Source: an uncultured delta proteobacterium (GTDB taxonomy: Bacteria; Myxococcota_A; Polyangia; Fen-1088). Taken from it: 64,000 nt of DNA. Positions 55,949 to 64,000 of the stretch are shown here, in pieces. The translations under genes and the position numbers were made by a program. The stretch's first letter is position 1; each line of letters opens with the position of its first letter. Below the pieces are notes generated by a model that had not been told where the DNA came from, made no database searches, and saw only the letters and a program-made list of their open reading frames with translations. The DNA lies in contig CAVYGB010000002.1 of the NCBI GenBank assembly GCA_963767925.1, positions 2,144,001 to 2,208,000 of the forward strand, written 5' to 3'.

Positions 55949-56721
55949 TGCCGGGGAGTGGCAGCGCGGCCGCCCGGCCAGGGAGCATTCGGGGACGATG
56001 GAGATCGCGCCTCCCGCTGACCATGGCCGCCGTGGCATGTGGTCTGACGGCTTTTGTCCTCTGGCGGATCTTCTCTCCGGCTTCCATGGCCAACTCGCGA
56101 TCTGTCGCCGCCGAGCGATCGGCAGCTTCCACGGCACGAAGGCCCACCCACGGGTCCGATCGCAGGATCCCGGGGTTCGCTCAGGGAGTGCCGACTTTCA
56201 CGCGCTCGCAGAGCGGCCAACCAGCCATACAGGATGTGCCGGGGGCGCCCGGATACGATCCGACGAATTTTTCCGGCCTGGTCTCGATGAGCAAGGTGTT
56301 CGAGGCCGAGCCCAGGGACGAGCAATGGGCCGGTCGGATCGAAGCCTGGATCAGTGCCAGGCTGGTAGAGGATCTGCGTTCGATCGCACCCCTGGTGAAA
56401 GCTACCGTTGAATGCCGAACGACGGCCTGCCGGTGGCGTTGGTCCGCACCGCAGGAAGCACAACCGAACACCGAAGAGGTCATGCGCTGGGTTCAGCGAA
56501 CCTTGTACATGGGCTCAATCACCGAGAACACGGGGCGAGACGAGATCACGACTGCATATTTTGGGGGAGGGAGGGGCTTCACGGGTTTGCAGATGGGCGA
56601 TGCCGCCGCGTTGATAGAGCGGCTGAAACACCGCCGAGCATCAATCTTGCGCAGCATCCACGAGGGCCGCCGGTCGCATCTGGACGCGCATATCCCGCGA
56701 GCGGCGTGGCCGAAGCTCTGA
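55948..56721 (+). CDS. Single-pass membrane hypothetical protein
   Basis: GTG overlapping upstream TAG; one TM; EPRDEQWA..VECRTTACR motif. Confidence 0.65.
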   Translation: MPGSGSAAARPGSIRGRWRSRLPLTMAAVACGLTAFVLWRIFSPASMANSRSVAAERSAASTARRPTHGSDRRIPGFAQGVPTFTRSQSGQPAIQDVPGAPGYDPTNFSGLVSMSKVFEAEPRDEQWAGRIEAWISARLVEDLRSIAPLVKATVECRTTACRWRWSAPQEAQPNTEEVMRWVQRTLYMGSITENTGRDEITTAYFGGGRGFTGLQMGDAAALIERLKHRRASILRSIHEGRRSHLDAHIPRAAWPKL

Positions 56722-56744
56722 GCAGGGCCTCAGGAGGATCTCGA

Positions 56745-57416
56745 ATGACTGCGTTCGCACGCTGGTTGCCGGAAGTGGCGTGGTTCGGATTGGTGGCAGC
56801 CGGGACGTTTGGCGTAGCTGCCGCCGTTGCGACCGGTTTCGGCGAGGGCGACAGCTCGCGCCCGCTGAGCCAGGTGGCGCCTGACCACGTAGCACCCGGG
56901 CGGTCAGAAGTGGCGAGGGAGCAAGCACCGGCGTCTGCCCGCAGAGCCGCGGCTGGTGAAAACCTGGGGCGGCTCACCGAGTCCGTCCCCAGCCGGGTTC
57001 CGGTGCCCCCGCTCACGGCCCTCGATCGCGCGGCGGTGCACTCGGCGGAGGCCAGCGCGTTGCGAGGCGCCCTGGTCCAGGCCATCAACCCCTATGTCTT
57101 TCGCTCACCGGGATGTCTGCCCGCGGATCATCCCGAGCTGACCGTGGCTCAGTTCGACCTTCAGGTGCAGTCATCGAGACAAGAGGCCACGGTGACGGGA
57201 ACCAGGAGCCTCCGTGTGATCGATGGCCCCGCCCTCGACCCGAAGATCCTCGACTGCTTCCTGTCCAGGGTTCCGGAGCCCCTCTTCGTGACCCCGCCAT
57301 CGGGCACTGCCTTTCCCGAATTCCAGGGAGACGCCGCCGTCCGGATGTTCCTGAGCGGCACCCCCGGCTGCAAGCCCGACGGACAGCCTCCGGCCGCTTC
57401 GTCTGACTCTCTCTAG
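56745..57416 (+). CDS. Single-pass membrane hypothetical protein, possible AgmX/TonB-C-like C-domain
   Basis: AGGAGGA RBS; N-terminal TM, Pro/Ala linker, C-domain with Cys pair. Confidence 0.65.
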   Translation: MTAFARWLPEVAWFGLVAAGTFGVAAAVATGFGEGDSSRPLSQVAPDHVAPGRSEVAREQAPASARRAAAGENLGRLTESVPSRVPVPPLTALDRAAVHSAEASALRGALVQAINPYVFRSPGCLPADHPELTVAQFDLQVQSSRQEATVTGTRSLRVIDGPALDPKILDCFLSRVPEPLFVTPPSGTAFPEFQGDAAVRMFLSGTPGCKPDGQPPAASSDSL

Positions 57417-57958
57417 CAGCGCCACCACCCAAGTTTTGACTTCGATGTTGCTCAGCGATCGAGGCAGACACGATCCGCCCGGAAGATCCGCCGCGGCCGT
57501 CCACGACATTCCGTCCAGGGACGCGAGACGGTCGCCGGTACGAATCCCCCGATTGAACCGTCGAAGCTCGCTCCCGTCCTCGGTCAGGTAGACCAGGCCT
57601 TCCAAAAAGGCTCTGGTTGGATCCGGTCAGAGCTCCGCTTCTCCTTTGAAGCGGCGGTCCCGGCATGCCATTCGGAAATGCTGGACCTGCTCAGGGGGCG
57701 GCTCGCCCGGCCGGCGTCATGGGGTCGTGCCCTTTCAGAGCTGACACCACTCCCCGCCGTCGGAGAGTTGCACTCCTGGCATTCGTCCGGGATGTCGACC
57801 AGGTCGCGCGCCTCCGTCGTATCGGAGACGCGTCGAGCGCCAAATCGGTTCTATGGGGCCGTATCGAAGGCCGCACGACCAATCATCGAGTGACATATAC
57901 CATCGAGTCATATAAAAATGTCCCCACAACTGCGGAGGCTGGCAACAGGAGGCGACCC

Positions 57959-58507
57959 GTGACCGAGTCAGTTTCGACGGTGGTCCTCATCGATGACGAT
58001 GTCTCATTCACCCATCGTCTTTCCCGGCTGCTGCGTTCGGATGGTCATTCCGTCGCGGTGGCCAGCACCGGAGCTGCTGGCATCGAATTGCTGCGAGCGG
58101 CATCGAGACCTGGAGCGATCGTTTTAGAGCCGAATCTCGCGGGGGCGGCCTGGTATCAGCTCCTCCGGCTGGCCGCCCAGCGGGTCGGCTCCTCACGGCT
58201 GCTGGTCATCACCGCCTTCTGGTCAGTGGCGCTGGCCCAGGAGGCGCAGACGTCCGGGGCAGAGGTCTGTCTGCGAAAGCCGATCAGTGATAGCGAAATG
58301 AGGAGCCTGGTGAGGAGAGCACCCGCCGATCGGGCGTTCCAGGCACCCCGGGCCGGCGACCCGCCGAGCCTCGCGGGGGTGGAGTGGGAATACGTGAACC
58401 AGGTCATCCGCGATTGTCGGGGAAATATGAGCCAGGCGGCTCGACTGCTCGGGATCCATCGGCCGTCCCTCTACAAGAAGCTGCGCAAACATCCTCCGAT
58501 CCGATGA
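57959..58507 (+). CDS. RegA/ActR-like response regulator (receiver + Fis HTH), atypical
   Basis: AGGAGG RBS; VLIDDD, LRKP, SLAGVEWEYVNQV..GNMSQAARLLGIHRPSLYKKL. Confidence 0.85.
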   Translation: MTESVSTVVLIDDDVSFTHRLSRLLRSDGHSVAVASTGAAGIELLRAASRPGAIVLEPNLAGAAWYQLLRLAAQRVGSSRLLVITAFWSVALAQEAQTSGAEVCLRKPISDSEMRSLVRRAPADRAFQAPRAGDPPSLAGVEWEYVNQVIRDCRGNMSQAARLLGIHRPSLYKKLRKHPPIR

Positions 58508-58517
58508 ACCTCGCTCG

Positions 58518-58922
58518 CTACTTCCAGACTTCGACTTTTAGGCCGGGGACCTTGGGGAAGCTGCGGGGGTCTCGGGTGGCGATTGACCAGGCGCGGCCCA
58601 GGGCGGTTGCCGCGATCAGGAGATCGTGAGGGCCGATGTTGGTTCCTCTTGCGGCCAGGGTCGCCCAGAGGCGTGCGTGGACGCGCGCGGTGACCTCGTC
58701 GAAAGGCAGAACCACCAGGGTGGCCAGGATGCGTTCCACGAATGCTTCGCGGCGGGCTCTCACGGCTACCGGGGCTGCGCGGTGCACGCCATGGAGCAAC
58801 TCGGAAGCGGTGATGGCCGAGAGTGCGGCCCCCTCACCCGCGCGCTGGGCGAGCTTTGCCGGAAGGTCGAAGGCGCCGCGCTCCGAAGCGATGAACACAC
58901 TGGAGTCGATCAGGACTCCCAG
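58518..58922 (-). CDS. vapC: PIN-domain toxin
   Basis: LIDSSVFI, ITASELLHG, GPHDLLIAATAL, TRDPRSF; apparent CTG start. Confidence 0.85.
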   Translation of the reverse strand: MGVLIDSSVFIASERGAFDLPAKLAQRAGEGAALSAITASELLHGVHRAAPVAVRARREAFVERILATLVVLPFDEVTARVHARLWATLAARGTNIGPHDLLIAATALGRAWSIATRDPRSFPKVPGLKVEVWK

Positions 58923-59191
58923 GGCGACCTCGGCAGCTTGCCTTGCCGGCGCGTCAGCGCGCGGATGGTTTTGCGGTACCCGTCGTCCACCGGGGGGAGC
59001 TCCTCCAGGAGCCGCAAGAAGTCGCCGATCGTGCTCTTCGCGGCGCGGCTGCTTGCGACCGGGATTATCCGGCACACCGCTTCCCCTCCCTTTTCGACGA
59101 TGAATTCCTCGCCGCGGTAGCGTACACGTGACACGACGTCCGAAAAGGATCGGGCGGCCTCCGTGGCGGAGATCTTCTTCGGCGCAGCCAT
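58910..59191 (-). CDS. Phd/YefM-family antitoxin
   Basis: ISATEAARSFSDVVSRV..GEEFIVEKGGEAVCRIIP; overlaps the vapC start. Confidence 0.85.
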   Translation of the reverse strand: MAAPKKISATEAARSFSDVVSRVRYRGEEFIVEKGGEAVCRIIPVASSRAAKSTIGDFLRLLEELPPVDDGYRKTIRALTRRQGKLPRSPWES

Positions 59192-59194
59192 GAC

Positions 59195-59211
59195 AATCAG
59201 ATTATCAGATT
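59195..59211 (-). promoter_or_regulatory. Probable TA operator overlapping a -10 box
   Basis: Tandem ATCAGATT x2; minus strand GATAAT 9 nt before the antitoxin ATG. Confidence 0.5.
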
Positions 59212-59478
59212 CGGGCAAGCGAACCACCCTGTGGCGACCAGGTGCGCGGGCTGGTGAGCACGTCCCGCTGTGAATCCCGTATACAACCAGGCGGTCGCGC
59301 TCGTGCGCCCTCGCGATGTACCGGCGGGGCTGCGGGCCCGCCCGCCGAGCGCGAGGCCATCCGCCGGGCGATCGGACGGGGCACCGACGCCCCCAGAGGG
59401 GCGGGGCTCTTGCCATCGTAGTCGGGTTCCCCCCGGCGAGCGCGGGGGGGTGTATATTTGGGGGCGGATGGTGGGGTG

Positions 59479-62400
59479 ATGCTCAGCGAAGAGGAGGCTC
59501 GGGCGCCCGCTGAGAGGGGGCCAGCGGGGCGGCAGCGGCTCGATCGGTGGCTGCACCGGCGGGCGCTGTCCCTGGACGTCTTTCTCGAGCTCGCGATCGG
59601 CCTGGCCGAGGGGCTGGATCGCCTGCACACCCGGAAGCTGCTGCACCGGCACCTTCATCCCGGCAACGTGCTGGTGGACGAGGACGGCGTTCCGGCGCTC
59701 CTGGACCCTCAGGGCGCCGAGCTGGGCGCCGATGAGCTGGCCTACATGGCTCCCGAACAGACGGGGCGCATGGATCGGGTGGCGGACGAGCGGGCGGACC
59801 TGTATTCGCTGGGGGCGATCTACCATCGGCTGCTGACCGGGGCGCCTCCTTTTGCCGGCACCGATCCCATCGATCTGGTGCACGCCCACCTGGCCCGCCC
59901 GCCCACGGCGCCCGAGCAGCTCAATCCGCTGGTCCCGCCCGTCCTCTCGCAGCTCGTCTTGCGGCTGCTCGCCAAGATGCCGGAGCAGCGCTACCAGAGC
60001 GCGCAGACCCTGCTGACCGACCTTTACCACGCGCGGGCACGCCTCCGTCACGACGGCACCATCACCCCCTTCGAGCTCGGCCGTGCCGACCTGGTTTCCG
60101 AGCTGCCGCTGCCGGCGACGCTGTTCGGCCGCGAGGGCGAGCTGCAGGCGCTGCAGGCGAGCTGGGCGACGGTCGCGGCCGGTGGGTCCCGGATCGTCCT
60201 TCTGGCCGGGGCCGCGGGCGCCGGCAAGTCCCGGCTGGCCCGGGCCCTGGAGACGCAGGTGACCGCCGAGGGTCAGGGCCGTTCCCTTTCGGGAACGTTC
60301 CCCCGCCGCCAGAACGCTTCCCCCTATGCCCCGGTGGTGGAGGCGCTGAGCGGCCTGTTGCGCCGTCTCCTGGCCGAACCGGAGCCGGTGCGCGCGGCCT
60401 GGGCGCGCGGGGTCCGGCTGGCCCTGGGCCGCAACGCCGCCGTCATCACCGGGCTGATCCCCGAGCTGGCCCGCCTGATCGGCCAGCCGCGGCCGGTGCG
60501 TGCCCTGGACCCGTCGGGGAACCGGAATCGATTCCAGCAGGCGTTCCTGGCGTTCATGCGGGCCCTCCTGGAACAGCAGCCGCTGCTGCTCTTTCTCGAC
60601 GATCTGCAGTGGGCGGACGCGGAGTCCCTGCGCCTGGTGCAGACGCTGGCGAGCGCGCCCGACCTGTCGCGCTTGCTGCTCCTCGGGGCCTACCGCAGCG
60701 AGGGCGTCGAGCCCGAGCATCCCCTCCTGGCGACCATCGGCGCCCTCCGCGACGGGGAGGCCCGGCTCACCATCCTCGCCTTGCCGCCTCTCGAGGTGGC
60801 GAGCATCGCCGAGCTGTGCGCCGCCGCCCTGGATGCCGCGCCCGATCGGGTCTACCCGCTGGCCCAGGTGTTGCGGCGCAAGACCGCCGGCAACCCGTTC
60901 TTCGTCGAGCAGCTCCTTCGGTTTTTGCAGAAGACCGGACTGCTCCGCCGGGTCTCCGACCGGGACGGGTGGGACTGGGAGCTGGCAGAGGTCGAGCGGG
61001 TGAACGTCACCGACAACGTGGCCGACCTGCTGATCGCCGCGCTTCACCACGTGCCCCAGCCGGTTCGCGCCGTGCTGGGTGCGGCCGCCTCCATCGGGCG
61101 GACGATCCCCCTGTCCTGGCTGGCCGTCGCCAGCGGCCAGCGCCCCGAGGAGATCGCCGCGGCGGTCCGCAGCGCGATCAGCGAGGGGTACCTGGTCGGC
61201 CTGCCCGGCGAGGCCAACGGACTCGATCCTGACGAGCAGCAGCGCTTTCAGTTCGCCCACGACTGGTTGCAGCAGGCCTGCTTGCCGCTGCTCGCTGCCT
61301 CCGAGCAGCGGCGCCTGCACCTCGCCCTGGGGCGGCACCTGCTGTCGTCGGACCTCGAGGAGGGTCCGGCGGATGACCTGCTGCTGGCTGGGCTCGCGCA
61401 CCTCGATCTCGTCCACGACGACCTCGGAACCCCGGAGGAACGGCTGCGCGTCTGCAGGCTGAACGGCCGGGCGGCCCGGCTGGCGCGGGCCACCTCGGCG
61501 TACGCCCAGGCGCTGGCGCACCTCCAGCGCGCCATCGCGCTTTTGCCGGCGGACCCCTGGATGTACGAGCGGCCGCTCACCTTCTCGCTCTATCGCGACG
61601 CGCTCGAGTGCGCGCTGGTGTGCGACGCGCGGCCGCTGGCGGACACCCTGTTCCGGACCGCGCTCGAGGGACTGCCCCGGCCCCGCGACGCCAGCGATCT
61701 CTATCGGATCCGCAGCGACGCCGCCATGACTGGCGGCGCCATGGCGGAGGCGATCGAGTGGGCCCGCCGCGGGCTCCAGATCCTGGGGCTGGACCTGCCC
61801 GCGGCGGAGGCGGCCGCGGCGGGCGCGGAGGAGCTGCAGACCGCGCGCGCGAACCTGGCCCGGGTCACCTTCGAAGAGATCGCCAGCCGGCCCGCCCTCA
61901 CCGACCCGGAGGTCGCATCCGCCATGGTGTTGCTGCGGGGGCTGCTGGCGCCCACCTACGTGACCGGCTCGGCGCTCTTCCCGTTCGTGCTGGGACGCCT
62001 GCTCAACCTGTCACTGGCGGGTGGACCTTCGGCCTCGTCGGCGACGGCCTACGCCTTTCATGCGATGGTGCTGGCCTGCCAGAGCGGCGAGACCGCCGCC
62101 GGCCATCGCTTCGGCGAGCTGGCCCTGGCCCTCGCCGATCGGTTCGGCGACCCGGTGGAGAGGCTCGGGGCCAGCGCCGCCTTCCTCCACAACCTCGCCC
62201 CCTGGCGGACGCCCCTGCGGGCCATCGTTCCCCGCCTGTACCAGGTCCAGGCCCAAGGTCTGGAGTCGGGGGACATCCACCACGCCATGGCCTGCGCCGG
62301 CGGCGCGGCCATGATCCTCTTTCACCAGGGCGTCGAGCTCCACCGGGTGGTGCCGGCGCTCGAGGCGGTTATGGCCAGCTCGCGTCACGCCCACGTCCTG

Positions 62401-64000
62401 GGCAACGCCACGACCCTGGCCATCTACCGCCAGCACGCCGCCCGTCTGCAGGGCCTCGGCCGCGAGCCACCCTCCGTTCCGGGCGTCGATTCGACGGGCG
62501 AGACGATCACCCTGCCTGCTGCCTCGCTGCAGGAGGCGGCTTTCGTCCGGCAGCTCACCCCCCAGCAGCTCGGGACCTATCACTCCCTGCGCTTGCAGCT
62601 CTGCTACCTGCTGGGAGACCTGACCGGCGCCAGCGCGGCCAGCGCGGCTGCCCGGCCCCTGCTGACCCAGCCCCGGCTCTCGGTCTTGCTCTCGGAGCAG
62701 GTGTTTTACACGGCCCTGTGCCTGGCGGCTGGCGACGCGGGTCCGCCGGTCGCGGCGCTCGCCGATCTGGTCGAGCGGCTCCGGGTCTGGGCGGAGGACT
62801 GTCCCGAAAACTTCCGGCACAAGCACCTGCTGCTCGCCGCCGAGCTGGCCCGCATCGAGGGGCGAACGCTCGATGCCCAGCGGGGGTACGACGAGGCGAT
62901 CCAGGCGGCCGCGCGCGAGCAGTTCCTGCAGGACGAGGCCCTCGCGCACGAGCTGGCCGCGCGCTTTCACCGCGCCGACGGCCGGCGGCGGTTCGCCGGG
63001 CTCTACCTTCGCGGCGCGCGCGAGCTGTACCGCAAGTGGGGAGCGGCGGCCAAGGTCGAGGCCCTGCAGGAGGAGTTTCCCGAAGAGGACAGCGACCCCG
63101 CGCCGGCGGATGGGCGCCGTCCCGGCCCGGAGGCCCACCTCCCCGCGGAGGTCTCGCTCGACGTGAACACGCTCGTGCGGGCGGCGGAGGCAATCTCGCA
63201 GGAGGTCGCCCTCGCCCGCGTCCTGGACAAGCTGATGGAGGTCTGCCTGGCGACCACCGGCGCCGAGCGGGGGGCGGTGTTGCTGGTGGAGGAGGAGGGT
63301 CTGGTGCTGCGGGCGCGCCGCTCGCTCTCCGAGGCGACCTCGCTGCACCGGGAGCCGCTGGCCCGGACCGGGCACCTGCCGCGGATGATGGTGGAGAAGG
63401 TCGAGGAGTCGGGGGAGGTGCTCGTGCTGGCCGATGCCTCCGCGCACGTCGTCTTTGGCCAAGATCCTCACGTTCGCGCCCAGCGCGTGCGCTCCGCCCT
63501 GGTCCTGCCCATCTTTCGGCAAGGCCGCCTGACGGGCGTGCTCTATCTCGAGAACAACCTCGCCACCCGCGTCTTCAAGCCGGAGCGGGTGCGGCTCCTG
63601 CAGCTCCTCTCCTCCCAGATCGCGGGCGCGCTGGAGAACGGCCGCCTCTTCGAGCGGCTCGCCCGGGAGGAGCAGGCGCTGCGCTTTCTGGCCGAGGCGA
63701 GCGCCGCCCTCGGCGAGTCCCTGGACTACCAGCGGGCGCCGCGCCGGGTGGCGGAGCTGGCGGTGTCCTGGCTGGCGGACGCCTGCACGGTCTACCTCGT
63801 GGAGGGCGAGGAGGTGCGCGGGATGGCCTCGGCCAGCGCGGATCCCACCCGGCAGCCCGGCCTGGATCAGATGAACCGCCGCCTGACCGAGAACGGGTTG
63901 CCCCCCTTCGTCAGGCAGGTGCTGCGGTCGGGCGCCCCGATCTTCCTGCCCGAGGTCGGGCGCGATGACCTCGCCCACTACGCCCAGGACGAGCAGGTGA
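59479..64000 (+). CDS. Partial hybrid sensor: pseudokinase - AAA ATPase - TPR-like region - GAF - GAF (runs off window)
   Basis: Frame 1 from ATG 59479: YMAPEQTGRM, DLYSLG, GAAGAGKS, FLDDLQWAD, KTAGNPFF, GVLYLENN..ALENGRL; absent from the track because there is no stop in the window. Confidence 0.88.
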   Translation, partial: MLSEEEARAPAERGPAGRQRLDRWLHRRALSLDVFLELAIGLAEGLDRLHTRKLLHRHLHPGNVLVDEDGVPALLDPQGAELGADELAYMAPEQTGRMDRVADERADLYSLGAIYHRLLTGAPPFAGTDPIDLVHAHLARPPTAPEQLNPLVPPVLSQLVLRLLAKMPEQRYQSAQTLLTDLYHARARLRHDGTITPFELGRADLVSELPLPATLFGREGELQALQASWATVAAGGSRIVLLAGAAGAGKSRLARALETQVTAEGQGRSLSGTFPRRQNASPYAPVVEALSGLLRRLLAEPEPVRAAWARGVRLALGRNAAVITGLIPELARLIGQPRPVRALDPSGNRNRFQQAFLAFMRALLEQQPLLLFLDDLQWADAESLRLVQTLASAPDLSRLLLLGAYRSEGVEPEHPLLATIGALRDGEARLTILALPPLEVASIAELCAAALDAAPDRVYPLAQVLRRKTAGNPFFVEQLLRFLQKTGLLRRVSDRDGWDWELAEVERVNVTDNVADLLIAALHHVPQPVRAVLGAAASIGRTIPLSWLAVASGQRPEEIAAAVRSAISEGYLVGLPGEANGLDPDEQQRFQFAHDWLQQACLPLLAASEQRRLHLALGRHLLSSDLEEGPADDLLLAGLAHLDLVHDDLGTPEERLRVCRLNGRAARLARATSAYAQALAHLQRAIALLPADPWMYERPLTFSLYRDALECALVCDARPLADTLFRTALEGLPRPRDASDLYRIRSDAAMTGGAMAEAIEWARRGLQILGLDLPAAEAAAAGAEELQTARANLARVTFEEIASRPALTDPEVASAMVLLRGLLAPTYVTGSALFPFVLGRLLNLSLAGGPSASSATAYAFHAMVLACQSGETAAGHRFGELALALADRFGDPVERLGASAAFLHNLAPWRTPLRAIVPRLYQVQAQGLESGDIHHAMACAGGAAMILFHQGVELHRVVPALEAVMASSRHAHVLGNATTLAIYRQHAARLQGLGREPPSVPGVDSTGETITLPAASLQEAAFVRQLTPQQLGTYHSLRLQLCYLLGDLTGASAASAAARPLLTQPRLSVLLSEQVFYTALCLAAGDAGPPVAALADLVERLRVWAEDCPENFRHKHLLLAAELARIEGRTLDAQRGYDEAIQAAAREQFLQDEALAHELAARFHRADGRRRFAGLYLRGARELYRKWGAAAKVEALQEEFPEEDSDPAPADGRRPGPEAHLPAEVSLDVNTLVRAAEAISQEVALARVLDKLMEVCLATTGAERGAVLLVEEEGLVLRARRSLSEATSLHREPLARTGHLPRMMVEKVEESGEVLVLADASAHVVFGQDPHVRAQRVRSALVLPIFRQGRLTGVLYLENNLATRVFKPERVRLLQLLSSQIAGALENGRLFERLAREEQALRFLAEASAALGESLDYQRAPRRVAELAVSWLADACTVYLVEGEEVRGMASASADPTRQPGLDQMNRRLTENGLPPFVRQVLRSGAPIFLPEVGRDDLAHYAQDEQV

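Noticed and set aside
59197..63978. Long track ORFs 59197..61521(-), 61608..63968(+) and 62011..63978(-)
   Set aside because: Shadow frames of the real frame-1 sensor gene; the same applies to many long antisense ORFs in this high-GC window, such as 27855..30140

Overview
High-GC bacterial DNA, probably Myxococcota (inferred from FHA-DUF4388, PilZ, Cys-rich lipoprotein, divergent EF-G paralog and Ser/Thr kinases). No rRNA, tRNA or CRISPR array was seen. The window has three zones. (1) ~1-19.6 kb is an accessory island, visibly more A/T at codon third positions than the core. It has a nested IS21-end/IS3 scar, a ClpP and a ClpA-like ATPase with a degenerate first AAA+ module, an ABC exporter, an orphan MacB/FtsX-type permease, a Kdo operon (kdsD-kdsA-kdsB), six to seven glycosyltransferase-like genes, a cupin-motif protein and a 2OG-Fe(II) oxygenase pseudogene. 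(2) ~19.7-53.6 kb is core-like. It holds polysaccharide co-polymerase/BY-kinase genes, a heterodimeric ABC exporter, a GDP-heptose operon with its own transaldolase and a GT2 plus GT-C-like pair, tandem MBL hydrolases, SRAP, an EF-G paralog with three +1 frameshifts (probably sequencing errors), and REP/MITE-like elements. (3) ~53.6-64 kb is a second accessory stretch. It has a four-helix-bundle pseudogene with a hexamer-repeat hairpin, a truncated IS5, a three-gene operon led by a 12-Cys secreted mini-protein, an atypical RegA-like regulator, a Phd-VapC pair whose toxin seems to start at CTG, and the start of a pseudokinase-AAA-GAF sensor that the ORF track omits. The best candidates for undescribed systems are the Clp-protease-containing Kdo/glycosyltransferase island, the Cys-rich mini-protein operon and the putative lipid-linked heptosylation operon. 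All family calls come from manual motif recognition, not database searches.
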